This document shows positions 15,851 through 25,398 of a stretch of 32,807 nt of DNA, in pieces (within the stretch, counting starts at the first letter, position 1; the number at the start of each line of letters is the position of its first letter). This DNA is from Sphingorhabdus sp. (GTDB lineage Bacteria > Pseudomonadota > Alphaproteobacteria > Sphingomonadales > Sphingomonadaceae). The position numbers and the translations under genes were made by a program. The notes below the pieces were generated by a model, which saw only the letters and a program-made list of their open reading frames with translations, did not search any database and was not told the origin of the DNA. The stretch covers positions 1-32,807 of the forward strand of contig JBILLO010000001.1 of the NCBI GenBank assembly GCA_044376035.1. Reading direction: 5' to 3'.

Positions 15851-18800
15851 TCACTCGGCTGGCTGAAGGCCGCCCAAGTCGCCTTTGCCGGGGGCGGGGT
15901 TAGTCGGCTTGGCGGGTTCTGTAATAATTTCTTTATGCTTATCGGGATCATAGGTCAGCAATCGCGTGCGCAGCCATGGGCCAACGCGCTTTTCAAAACC
16001 GTCGGCCAGGCTGAAACCCGCAGGGACGATGAGCAAGGTCAGCAAGGTCGAGACGATGAGGCCGCCGATCACGACCGTGCCCATGGGCGAGCGCCATTGG
16101 CCGTCACCGCCCAAGGCAAGCGCGGTGGGGACCATCCCGGCGGTCATGGCAACGGTTGTCATAACGATTGGCTGCGCGCGTTTATGCCCCGCCTCCATAA
16201 TCGCCTGAAACTTCGGCACGCCGCGCGCCATTTCCTCAATCGCAAAATCGATCAACAATATGGAGTTTTTCGCGACAATGCCAAAAAGCATCAACACGCC
16301 AATGAATACGGGCATCGATATTGGCTGGCCAACCAAGGCAAGCGCCAGCAAGCCGCCCAAGGGCGCAAGCAACAACGAACCCATGTTGACCAAAGGCGAC
16401 ATGAAACGATGGTACAAAAGCACCAGCACCGCAAACACCAACAATGTTCCGGAAATCAAGGCGACCAAGAAATCACCCTGCATTTCTTGTTCCCATTCTT
16501 GGGACCCGAAAGGTGCGCGGGACACGCCGGTGGGCAGATTTTCCATGATAGGAAGCTTGTTGATTTTCTTGTCCGCATCCGACGACACAATACCGGGCGC
16601 AAAATCCGCGCCAATGAATACACGGAAATTCTGGTTGCGACGTTGAACCGAGGTTGGACCAGCGCCAAAGCTGATGTCGGCCACGCGTGATAATGGTACA
16701 GATCCGCCGCTGGCCAATGGCACGGGCAGGTTGCGGATGACATCCAAATCCTCACGCGATTCCTTGGCGAGCATCACGCGGATCGGGATTTGACGATCCG
16801 ACAGCGAGAATTTTGCGCTGTTCTGGTCAATGTCACCCAGCGTCGCCACGCGGATTGTCTGGCTGAGTGCCACGGTTGATACGCCAAGCTGCGACGCAAG
16901 ATCATTACGCGGCGTTATGATCAATTCGGGACGCTGCAAATCAGCGGAGATACGCGGCGCCCGCAATTCGGGCAGCGTCTTCATCTGCTCGACCAAAGTT
17001 GCCGCTGTCCGGTCAAGCATTTCTGGGTCTGATCCTGACAACATGACCGACACGTCACGGCCAGAACCACCACCGTCGCCGCCTGGGCCGTTAACCTGAA
17101 ACGTCACGCGGGCGTCCGCGATTTTGGTGAGCAAAGGTGTCAGGTCTTCTTCGAATTGCTGACTGGTCCGGGCTCGGTCCTCATGCAAGGTGATGAAAAT
17201 ATTCGCGCCGCCTTCGCGCACGCTTTGCAATGCCGTTTTTACTTCAGGCTGCTTCTCGACGATTGCAGCGGCTTCGCTGCTGATCTCACGCGTGCGCTCC
17301 AGCGTCGTTCCGGGAACCATTTCGATGCGAATACGGCTGAAATCGGTATCTCCATCGGGGAAGAACTGCTTTGGTAAAACGACAAGCAATGCGACCGTCA
17401 GCGCCAGCGCCAGCGCACCAATGCCCATCATCCAACGGCGGTGACCAAGCGACCAGCGCAGAATTTTCATATATCGGTTGATCCAGCCAGCCTCGCCATG
17501 CTCGGCCATGCCGTCGGCTTTCAGGAAATAGGCCGCGATCATTGGCGTGATCATACGCGCCACGGCAAGGCTCATGAGAACCGAAGCGACCACTGTCAGG
17601 CCGAAATTCTGGAAATATTGCCCGGCAACGCCCGGCATCAGGCCAACGGGCAAGAAAACCGCGACAATCGAAAATGTCGTTGCCACAACCGCAAGGCCGA
17701 TTTCGTCGGCAGCATCAATTGATGCTTGATAGGCCGATTTGCCCATCCGCATATGCCGGACGATATTTTCAATTTCCACAATGGCGTCATCAACCAGCAC
17801 CCCGGCCACAAGACCAAGCGCCAATAGCGACATGGTGTTCAGCGTGAAACCCAGCCAATCGATAAAGAAGAACGTCGGAATGGCGGACAAGGGAATGGCA
17901 ATCGCCGAAATAATCGTTGCCCGCCAGTCGCGCAGGAACAGGAACACGACGACGATGGCAAGCAACGCGCCTTCGATCATCGCGGCCATCGAGCTTTTAT
18001 ACTGGGCCTTGGTATAATCCACACTGTTGAACAAGGTGATGAATTTTACACCGGGATTTTCTTTTTCGATTTCGGCGATTTTGACCATCGCATTGTCAAA
18101 GACCGTGACGTCAGACGCGCCCTTGGCGCGCGACATGCCGAAGGTGACGACTTGTTTGCCGCCAGCAAAGGCCATGGCTTTCTGCTCGCTGAAGCCGTCG
18201 GTAACTTCGGCGACATCGGACAGTTTGATGGAGCGGCCGCCGCCCAAGCTGATCTGCGTCTGGCTAAGCGCGAAAGCGTCGGTGGCGTTGCCGAGCACGC
18301 GCACCGACTGGCGTGATCCGGCAATTTGCGACTGGCCGCCCGATGCGTTGACATTTTGTTGGCGCAGCACAGCGTTAATCTGACTGGCGCTCACGCCCAG
18401 CGACTGCATTTTTGCAGGGTCAAGGACAACGCGGATTTCGCGGTTTACGCCGCCATTGCGGCTGACCGATGCCATGCCTTCGACAGCGAGCAAGCGGCGT
18501 GCAACGCTATCGTCCACGAACCAACTGAGTTGTTCCAGCGTCATGTCGCTGGCTTCCACCCCGAAATAGGCGATTGGTTCGCTGGAGGTGGCGACTTTGA
18601 AAATCTGCGGCTCCAATATGCCGTCGGGCAGGTCGCTGCGGATTTGGTCGACGGCGTTTTTCACTTCGCTGACGGCGGCATTGATATCGTCGCCAATTTC
18701 GAATTCGACGCTGACCGTGGTGTTGCCCTCGCTCGAGGTCGCATTGATGTTGCGGACGCCCTGCACACTGCGGATCGCGGATTCGATCTTTTGCGTTATC

Positions 18801-18994
18801 TGTGTGGTGATTTCGGTTGGCGCAGCACCGGGTTGCGAAATCGAGACCACAACAACCGGGAATTCGATATCGGGTTCATTCTGCACGTCCATATTCATGA
18901 ACGACACGATCCCGGCAATGGTGAGTGCGACGAACAAGACGATCGGCACCACCGGATTGCGGATGGACCAGGCAGAAATGTTATTGAAATTCAT
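15851..18994 (-). CDS. RND efflux transporter permease (AcrB/AcrD/AcrF family)
   Basis: 1047 aa with 12-TM layout; proton-relay motifs GVLVDDAIV, KNSILL and RAQPIVMTT. Confidence 0.95.
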   Translation of the reverse strand: MNFNNISAWSIRNPVVPIVLFVALTIAGIVSFMNMDVQNEPDIEFPVVVVSISQPGAAPTEITTQITQKIESAIRSVQGVRNINATSSEGNTTVSVEFEIGDDINAAVSEVKNAVDQIRSDLPDGILEPQIFKVATSSEPIAYFGVEASDMTLEQLSWFVDDSVARRLLAVEGMASVSRNGGVNREIRVVLDPAKMQSLGVSASQINAVLRQQNVNASGGQSQIAGSRQSVRVLGNATDAFALSQTQISLGGGRSIKLSDVAEVTDGFSEQKAMAFAGGKQVVTFGMSRAKGASDVTVFDNAMVKIAEIEKENPGVKFITLFNSVDYTKAQYKSSMAAMIEGALLAIVVVFLFLRDWRATIISAIAIPLSAIPTFFFIDWLGFTLNTMSLLALGLVAGVLVDDAIVEIENIVRHMRMGKSAYQASIDAADEIGLAVVATTFSIVAVFLPVGLMPGVAGQYFQNFGLTVVASVLMSLAVARMITPMIAAYFLKADGMAEHGEAGWINRYMKILRWSLGHRRWMMGIGALALALTVALLVVLPKQFFPDGDTDFSRIRIEMVPGTTLERTREISSEAAAIVEKQPEVKTALQSVREGGANIFITLHEDRARTSQQFEEDLTPLLTKIADARVTFQVNGPGGDGGGSGRDVSVMLSGSDPEMLDRTAATLVEQMKTLPELRAPRISADLQRPELIITPRNDLASQLGVSTVALSQTIRVATLGDIDQNSAKFSLSDRQIPIRVMLAKESREDLDVIRNLPVPLASGGSVPLSRVADISFGAGPTSVQRRNQNFRVFIGADFAPGIVSSDADKKINKLPIMENLPTGVSRAPFGSQEWEQEMQGDFLVALISGTLLVFAVLVLLYHRFMSPLVNMGSLLLAPLGGLLALALVGQPISMPVFIGVLMLFGIVAKNSILLIDFAIEEMARGVPKFQAIMEAGHKRAQPIVMTTVAMTAGMVPTALALGGDGQWRSPMGTVVIGGLIVSTLLTLLIVPAGFSLADGFEKRVGPWLRTRLLTYDPDKHKEIITEPAKPTNPAPGKGDLGGLQPAE

Positions 18995-19021
18995 GATATA
19001 TTTCCCGAATGGCCCAAGGAC

Positions 19022-20197
19022 TTACTGCTTTTTCAACAGTTTGGGATTGATCGTTTCGTCCGGGTTGAGGAAGCCGCCCGCATATAGAACGACGCGTTCG
19101 CTGCCGTCCAAGCCTTGTTCAATAACCAAGCCGTTTGCGGTCACTGGGCCAAGCTTGACCAAGCGCTGCTGGACCTTGTTATTCTTACCGACAATATACA
19201 CAAAGCTGCCTTGGCGGCCCGTTTGAACGGCAGATTCGGGCAGGACAGGTGCCGTCATCGCGCCGGATTTGATTTCAACAGATGCAAATCCACCGGGGCG
19301 CAATGCTGTGTCAAATGGCAAGGCAATGCGGGCCATGCCCTGACGGCTTTGCGCGTCAATCATCGGCGAAATCTGCCAGATATTGCCGTTAAACACCCGA
19401 TCAACACCAACAGGGGTGACGGATGCAGGAATGCCGACCGCGATCTGCGCCAGATCAGCTTCGCTCAGCTTTGCTTGAAGCTCCAACTGGCCATCCTTTG
19501 CGATGCGGAATAATATGCCGCTGCCTGCAGACACCGTCTGCCCGGTCTCCACATTGCGTTCCAGCACATAGCCCGAAACAGGCGCACGGACGTCAAGCCG
19601 TGCATTGCGGGCGCGGGTTTCGGCCAGTTGCGCATTGGCAACATTCACGCGCGCGCGGGCGGCGTCACGGTTGGCGGTCTTGCGATCCACATCTGCCTTG
19701 GAAACAAAACCACGCTCAACCAACTGCATCGCGCGGTCGAGTTCGTTTTGGGCAAGCTGCTGGTCAGCGCGGGCGACACCGATCTGTGCCTCAAGCGCGG
19801 CGGCCTGCTGCGTTTGTACCGAACGGTCAAGGCTCACTAAGACTTCGCCCTGTGTCACCCAATCGCCCGCATCGACATAGACCTGAAGCACGCGTCCGCC
19901 TTCGCCAACGACGCCGACGGGAATTTCGCGGCGTGCGGCCAATGTACCAGTCGCGTTAATCGCGCGCATCACGCTATCGCGGCCCGGGGCGACGACGGTC
20001 ACGGTCTGCGCTTGGCCAGCCTTATCGGCCTCAGTGGGTGCAGCGGTGCCGCTTCCGAAGAAATAATAGGCTGCCCCCGCTATAATCAGAATCGCCACGA
20101 TGATGGCTGCGATGCGGATCCGGCGCTGGTTCCGATCGCGGTTGTCCTGCAGAATCTCGCCATTTAGCGTCGCGCTCATCGTCGTTTCGTAATTCAT
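19022..20197 (-). CDS. RND efflux periplasmic adaptor (membrane fusion protein)
   Basis: N-terminal TM anchor, lipoyl half-motifs (VDAGDWVTQGEVL; VRAPVSG) and a coiled hairpin; directly upstream of the permease. Confidence 0.93.
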   Translation of the reverse strand: MNYETTMSATLNGEILQDNRDRNQRRIRIAAIIVAILIIAGAAYYFFGSGTAAPTEADKAGQAQTVTVVAPGRDSVMRAINATGTLAARREIPVGVVGEGGRVLQVYVDAGDWVTQGEVLVSLDRSVQTQQAAALEAQIGVARADQQLAQNELDRAMQLVERGFVSKADVDRKTANRDAARARVNVANAQLAETRARNARLDVRAPVSGYVLERNVETGQTVSAGSGILFRIAKDGQLELQAKLSEADLAQIAVGIPASVTPVGVDRVFNGNIWQISPMIDAQSRQGMARIALPFDTALRPGGFASVEIKSGAMTAPVLPESAVQTGRQGSFVYIVGKNNKVQQRLVKLGPVTANGLVIEQGLDGSERVVLYAGGFLNPDETINPKLLKKQ

Positions 20198-20538
20198 ACC
20201 GGAGTTCCAAATAACTGATTCAGGGAGCGCTTACGCCCCCATGTTGTTCATATTATGGCTGTATTACCCTAATAAGTCACTGTCCGCAAGCTGCAGCACG
20301 CCAAAGGATCACACGCTGTATCGTCGTATAGAATATCGCAAATACCCATGCGCAACAAACCAGACTGATGCCGCATATGTTTCGACAAACACCATATAAG
20401 CGCGTCGGCAACTGTTATTCCAATGAATTAGGGTCAGAACCTTGTTCATTGATTGATCGGGCGCGACAATTAGGAACGGAAGTGGGACTATCCAGAAAAC
20501 TGGCAATTTATGCACGAAGCTTCTAGGGAGGCAATCGC

Positions 20539-21663
20539 ATGACCGATGACATTTATCATTCTGATTTCCAACTTGGCCCTGACCTGAAAGGGAAGCGGAT
20601 CGTCGTTGCCATGTCGGGCGGCGTTGATTCCTCCGTTGTTGCGGCGCTAGCGGCGCGCACGGGCGCGGAAACCATTGGCGTCACATTACAACTTTATGAT
20701 CATGGTAGCGCCGTAAAACGCGCAGGGGCATGCTGCGCCGGACGGGACATACGCGACGCACGCGCCGTCGCCGATAAGCTTGGGATTGCGCATTATGTTT
20801 TTGATCATGAAAGCCGCTTTCGCGAATCGGTGATCGACCATTTCGCAGATGAATATATGGCGGGCCGGACGCCAATCCCGTGCGTGCGATGCAATATGGG
20901 CGTGAAATTCACCGATCTTTTCCGCCTCGCGCGGGAATTGGGTGCAGATTGCCTTAGTACCGGCCATTATGTCCGCCGCGTCGAAGGACCAAATGGAGCC
21001 GAATTGCACCGCGCCGCTGACCCGGCACGCGACCAAAGCTATTTTCTGTTTGCGACCACGCAAGACCAATTGGATTATCTCCGCTTTCCCTTGGGCGGCA
21101 TGCCTAAACCGCATGTTCGGGCCATTGCGCGGGAAATGGGGTTAATCGTGGCGATGAAGCCCGATAGTCAGGACATCTGTTTTGTACCCGATGGTGATTA
21201 TGCCAGCGTTGTCCGAAAAATTCGGCCTGATGCCGAAGTTGGCGGGGACATTGTCCATCTGGATGGCCGCATCCTTGGCCAGCACAAGGGCCTTATCCAT
21301 TACACCGTTGGGCAGCGCAAAGGACTTGAGGTTGGTGGCCAGCCAGTGCCTTTATACGTCATCCGCCTTGATGCCGCGACGCAGCGTGTGATTGTCGGGC
21401 CGCGTGCGGCGCTGGCTGTCCAAGCTGCGCGTATCGTGGATGCCAACTGGCTCTCCGATATCGGCAACCGGTCCGTAATGGCAAAGGTGCGGTCTATGTC
21501 GCGCCCTGTGCCTGCGCGTCTGGATGGCGAATGGCTGCGTTTTGACGCGCCCGAATATGGCGTTGCGCCGGGACAAGCGGCTGTATTATATGACGGTGAC
21601 CGCGTGCTTGGCGGCGGCTGGATCGAAGAGACATTAGCGGTGGAGATGGCCTCTGCCGCTTAA
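20539..21663 (+). CDS. mnmA: tRNA 2-thiouridine(34) synthase MnmA
   Basis: [11 protein letters not shown]-loop, [38 protein letters not shown] and APGQ; GGAGG SD. Confidence 0.97.
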   Translation: MTDDIYHSDFQLGPDLKGKRIVVAMSGGVDSSVVAALAARTGAETIGVTLQLYDHGSAVKRAGACCAGRDIRDARAVADKLGIAHYVFDHESRFRESVIDHFADEYMAGRTPIPCVRCNMGVKFTDLFRLARELGADCLSTGHYVRRVEGPNGAELHRAADPARDQSYFLFATTQDQLDYLRFPLGGMPKPHVRAIAREMGLIVAMKPDSQDICFVPDGDYASVVRKIRPDAEVGGDIVHLDGRILGQHKGLIHYTVGQRKGLEVGGQPVPLYVIRLDAATQRVIVGPRAALAVQAARIVDANWLSDIGNRSVMAKVRSMSRPVPARLDGEWLRFDAPEYGVAPGQAAVLYDGDRVLGGGWIEETLAVEMASAA

Positions 21664-21695
21664 AGATATTTGCTTTACTGAATGGGGGGTTCGGG

Positions 21696-22223
21696 ATGCA
21701 TTTGAGGGACGCACAACGCGACATGCGCCGGGCCTATGTCAACGGCGGGGTCGGTATTTTCGTATCCGGACTGCTATGGGTAATCGCAGGGACGGTCACT
21801 TTTTATGTCAATCTGTTTTCCGGCATGGCCACGTTGTTTTTCGGCGGCATGCTGATCCATCCCTTGTCGTTGTTCCTTGCGCTGCGGGTATATCATCGGG
21901 CAAAGGGCCGAACGCCGAACCCTTTGGAGATGCTCGCGCTGCAATCGACGGCGTTCCTCATCATTGGCCTTGTCATCGCATATCTTGTTAGCGGGACATA
22001 TGGTGATTGGTTCTTCGCCATTGCCTTGGCGGTGGTGGGGGCGCGTTATCTGGTGTTTCAGACGGTCTACGGCATGCGCCTGTATGTTATGCTCGGCCTG
22101 GCCCTAATTGCCATCTCCGCCATCGCTTTCTGGCTTGGGATTGCTCCGGCCTTTGTCGCTTTCGCCGGAGGCGCGACCGAGTTGTTAGTTTCGGCATACA
22201 TTCTTGTGCCTGCAAAACGGTAG
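21696..22223 (+). CDS. Conserved hypothetical integral membrane protein (about 6 TM)
   Basis: 175 aa, mostly hydrophobic helices, motifs SGLLW, NPL and VGARYL; 32 nt after mnmA. Confidence 0.7.
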   Translation: MHLRDAQRDMRRAYVNGGVGIFVSGLLWVIAGTVTFYVNLFSGMATLFFGGMLIHPLSLFLALRVYHRAKGRTPNPLEMLALQSTAFLIIGLVIAYLVSGTYGDWFFAIALAVVGARYLVFQTVYGMRLYVMLGLALIAISAIAFWLGIAPAFVAFAGGATELLVSAYILVPAKR

Positions 22224-22224
22224 C

Positions 22225-22599
22225 TTACAGCGCCTCGATTTCCGCCGTGTTCAATTGAATACACCCAAAAGCACCCCGCCGTTCCGCCACAGCTTCGGCC
22301 AAGAACGGCACCGATGCATAAACCCGTTTGTTTTCGGGATCGTCGCTCAACTGCACCATCTCCATGCCTTTTTCCTTGTCGGTTTCGCACGACGCCATAT
22401 CGCGACCTTCCATATAGCGGCATGAGCAGGTGACATGCGCGCCATAGGCCGCGCCAACCCGTGCCTGGCCCTTGATGCTGTTCCAGTTCCACACCAACCA
22501 CATGGCCGCAATTAGGGCGATGACCGCAACGACAATCTTCAACCTCTTGAACCGAGGTTGCGATGCTTGTGGTCTTTGGCTCGAAGTTGCGGTTGCCAT
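22225..22599 (-). CDS. Small membrane-anchored Cys-rich protein resembling the N-terminal module of amidase/AmpC-like serine hydrolases
   Basis: GGAGAG SD before ATG 22599; one TM helix followed by AYGAHVTCSCRYMEGR...C...DPENKRVYASVP...A...GAFGC. Confidence 0.75.
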   Translation of the reverse strand: MATATSSQRPQASQPRFKRLKIVVAVIALIAAMWLVWNWNSIKGQARVGAAYGAHVTCSCRYMEGRDMASCETDKEKGMEMVQLSDDPENKRVYASVPFLAEAVAERRGAFGCIQLNTAEIEAL

Positions 22600-22621
22600 A
22601 AGCTCTCCATTTGGTAAATCC

Positions 22622-23770
22622 ATGCGTTCTATGCCTAGAAACAAAATCCTCCTCGCCGCAACCGCTTTTTGCGCCATCGCTGCACTCAACCTATCTGGAT
22701 GCGTTGCGGAGCCACCTGCCAAGCCTGCTGGTCCGGGTGTTAGCATGGTTGCCGATGACGCGGTGATCAGCAAAGCAAAGCTTGCCGCTGCTATAGCGCC
22801 CTTTTTTGAAGATCCCACGGTTGGTGAAACCCGCGCGTTGGTCGTGATGCATGGCGGGCGTGTTATCGCCGAACGCTACGCGCCGGGATATGGACCGGAC
22901 TCCAGGCTCATCAGCTGGTCCATGGCCAAAAGCGTGACTGCCGTCTTGGTTGGCATGATGGTGGCGGACGGTCGGCTGGCCTTGGATGAACCCGCAATCG
23001 TGCCCGAATGGCAAACGCCCCGCGATGGTCGTGCGGCGATAACATTGCGCCATTTGCTGCATATGTCGTCGGGTCTGGACCACACCGAAATGGCGGAAGG
23101 CAGTGTCGCGATTTTTGATGCAGACACGCCGCGCATGCTGTTTCTTGATGGCCGCGAAGATGTTGCACGCTATGCAGAAACACGGCCCTTGGAGGCCGTT
23201 CCGGGCGAGAAGCACGAATATAGCACGGCCACCAGCCACATACTCGTCGACATCATGACGCGGTCGTTGACGGATAGCAAAGACCCCGTTGTGCGCCGGG
23301 ATGCGATGTTGGAATATGCGCGCGGACGTTTGTTTGAGCCGTTGGGCATGACAAGCGCCCTACCTGAATTTGACCGCAATGGCACAATGCTCGGCGGAAG
23401 TTTTATCCACGCCACCGCGCGTGACTGGGCAAAATTTGGCGAATTTTTGCGGAACAATGGCTCGGTGCGCTCTGCGCAGATGATGCCGACAAGCTGGATG
23501 CGTTTTATGAAGACGCCAAGCAAAACCGATGCAAGCTATGGCGCCCATATATGGTTGAACCGGAAACGTAAGGAAGGCCGCGATCCAGTGCTGTTTCCCG
23601 GCAAGGCGCCATCGGATGTCTTCGCCGCATTGGGACATTTGGGGCAATTTGTGGTGGTATCACCGCAGCATCGCCTAACCATTGTGCGGCTTGGCAACAC
23701 GCCGGATGATCAGCTTGATCCTGTCAACGACCAACTGGCCAAGCTGATTTCGGCTTTTCCGAAGCGGTAA
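22622..23770 (+). CDS. Beta-lactamase-related (class C/NylB-like) serine hydrolase lipoprotein
   Basis: Lipobox ALNLSG/C; motifs SWSMAKS (SxxK), ITLRHLLHMSSGL, YST (Y-x-x), ARDWAKFG and GHLGQ. Start is 22622 or 22631. Confidence 0.9.
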   Translation: MRSMPRNKILLAATAFCAIAALNLSGCVAEPPAKPAGPGVSMVADDAVISKAKLAAAIAPFFEDPTVGETRALVVMHGGRVIAERYAPGYGPDSRLISWSMAKSVTAVLVGMMVADGRLALDEPAIVPEWQTPRDGRAAITLRHLLHMSSGLDHTEMAEGSVAIFDADTPRMLFLDGREDVARYAETRPLEAVPGEKHEYSTATSHILVDIMTRSLTDSKDPVVRRDAMLEYARGRLFEPLGMTSALPEFDRNGTMLGGSFIHATARDWAKFGEFLRNNGSVRSAQMMPTSWMRFMKTPSKTDASYGAHIWLNRKRKEGRDPVLFPGKAPSDVFAALGHLGQFVVVSPQHRLTIVRLGNTPDDQLDPVNDQLAKLISAFPKR

Positions 23771-23785
23771 AGCTAGGTCCTAACC

Positions 23786-24076
23786 CTAAAGCTTCGCCAC
23801 GGGCGCGTCGTCGCCAAGGTCTTCAAACCATGCTTCGACCGGGCCGCTGAGCTTGATCAGCAATGGGTTGCCTTTGCGATCGCGCGCTTTGCCAGCCTGC
23901 ACTTTGATCCAGCCTTCGGAAATGCAATATTCCTCAACTGTGGTGCGGACTTCACCCTTGAAGCGAATGCCAATGCCACGCGACAACAGGTCGCCATCGA
24001 AATGCGCGCTCATCGGGTTAATCGATAGGTGATCGGGTGGGGTATTGGGGCCCGCGGATATCGTTTCTTCAGTCAT
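23786..24076 (-). CDS. DUF3297 family small protein
   Basis: PPDHLSINP...GIGIRFKG...VEEYCISEGWIKVQAGK...G.VE motif. Confidence 0.82.
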   Translation of the reverse strand: MTEETISAGPNTPPDHLSINPMSAHFDGDLLSRGIGIRFKGEVRTTVEEYCISEGWIKVQAGKARDRKGNPLLIKLSGPVEAWFEDLGDDAPVAKL

Positions 24077-24140
24077 GTTGCGCGCTGTGCCGCAAAGCAT
24101 AGCACTTGGCAATATAGCGCGGGCAGTGCAGGGGGTCGAA

Positions 24141-25352
24141 ATGGCAAGTTCAAACAATTATGACGCGATTATCCTTGGTGCCGGTGGCGCAGGCCTGATG
24201 TGCGCTTTGACCGCCGGGCAACGCGCAAAGCGCGTGCTGGTGATTGATCACGCCACGGGCCCCGGCAAGAAAATCCTCATTTCCGGCGGCGGACGGTGTA
24301 ATTTCACCAATGTGAATGCGACCACCACGCACGCGCAAGAACGCTATTTGTCGGCCAACCCGCATTTCGCAAAGTCAGCTTTAGGCCGATATACCCCGCA
24401 GGATTTCATTGATCTGGTGAACGCGCACAATATCGCTTTCCACGAAAAGACGCTTGGGCAATTATTCTGCGACGGTTCCGCGCGGCAGATTGTCGCCATG
24501 CTGATGGCGGAATGTGACAAATCGGCGGGCTTTGGTGGCCAGGTCGATTTTGTGTTTGATGCACCCGTCGGTGAAGTGACTCATGATGCCAGCGATTATC
24601 ATGTCACCTATAATGGAGTGCACGCACAAGGCGCGGCGCTGGTGATTGCGACTGGCGGCCCAAGCATTCCGAAAATGGGGGCTACCGCCTTTGCCTATGA
24701 TCTTGCGCGACAGTTCGGGTTGAAGATTGTTGAGCCACGACCCGCCCTGGTCCCGCTAACGCTTGGCGGTGATGATGTGTTGTTCCGCGAACTATCAGGC
24801 GTATCGTCTGAAGTGGTTGCCAAGCATGGAAAGGCTGCATTCCGAGAGGCCGCATTGTTCACCCATCGGGGGCTCAGCGGACCCGCAGTGCTTCAAATCA
24901 GCAGCTATTGGCGGCCGGGGGACCAAGTCGAGATTGATTTCCTACCATCATTGGATGCCACCGAATTATTGCTATCGGAAAAACGCGCACGGCCACGCGC
25001 GACTTTGCGGTCAACTTTGGACCGAGTCTTGCCTGCACGCTTGGCCGAAGCGCTCGCCGCCAAAATTGGTCTACTCGGCAACCTTGCCGACCAAAACGAC
25101 CGGAAATTGGTGGGTGCGGGTGCGCTACTCGGCAACTGGCCATTCGTGCCCAATGGCAGTGAGGGCTATGCCAAGGCAGAGGTGACATTGGGTGGGATAA
25201 GCACCGATGGCCTGTCGCAAAAGACGATGGAGGCAAAGAAAATGCCAGGGCTATATTGCATAGGCGAGGCGGTGGACGTCACCGGTTGGCTTGGCGGGTA
25301 TAACTTCCAATGGGCGTGGGCCAGCGGTGTCGCGGCAGGGGAAGCCATTTAG
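24141..25352 (+). CDS. HI0933/BaiN/YhiN(RdsA)-family NAD(P)/FAD-dependent oxidoreductase
   Basis: GAGGAG, GKKILISGGGRCNFTN, ATGGPSIP, LFTHRGLSGP, AEVTLGG and DVTGWLGGYNFQWAWASG. Confidence 0.92.
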   Translation: MASSNNYDAIILGAGGAGLMCALTAGQRAKRVLVIDHATGPGKKILISGGGRCNFTNVNATTTHAQERYLSANPHFAKSALGRYTPQDFIDLVNAHNIAFHEKTLGQLFCDGSARQIVAMLMAECDKSAGFGGQVDFVFDAPVGEVTHDASDYHVTYNGVHAQGAALVIATGGPSIPKMGATAFAYDLARQFGLKIVEPRPALVPLTLGGDDVLFRELSGVSSEVVAKHGKAAFREAALFTHRGLSGPAVLQISSYWRPGDQVEIDFLPSLDATELLLSEKRARPRATLRSTLDRVLPARLAEALAAKIGLLGNLADQNDRKLVGAGALLGNWPFVPNGSEGYAKAEVTLGGISTDGLSQKTMEAKKMPGLYCIGEAVDVTGWLGGYNFQWAWASGVAAGEAI

Positions 25353-25367
25353 AGCCGTTGCCCAAAG

Positions 25368-25396
25368 AAAAAGGGCGCCGAAACCGACGCCCTTTT
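25368..25396. terminator. Bidirectional intrinsic terminator between the convergent flavoprotein gene and typA
   Basis: AAAAGGGCG-CCGAAACCGA-CGCCCTTTT, with A- and T-tracts on the two sides. Confidence 0.85.
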
Positions 25397-25398
25397 CA

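Noticed and set aside
14661-19959. Many long plus-strand ORFs (e.g. 312, 290 and 253 aa) opposite DUF445 and the RND genes
   Set aside because: These are antisense open frames expected from GC-rich codon bias; no family motifs.
20309-20515. 68-aa ORF divergent from mnmA, where sciP lies in many alphaproteobacteria
   Set aside because: No SciP-like motifs and no convincing start signal; cannot be supported as a gene.
22472-22818. Apparent 350-bp overlap of two opposite-strand genes
   Set aside because: Artefact of longest-ORF calling; the better starts at 22599 and 22622 do not overlap.
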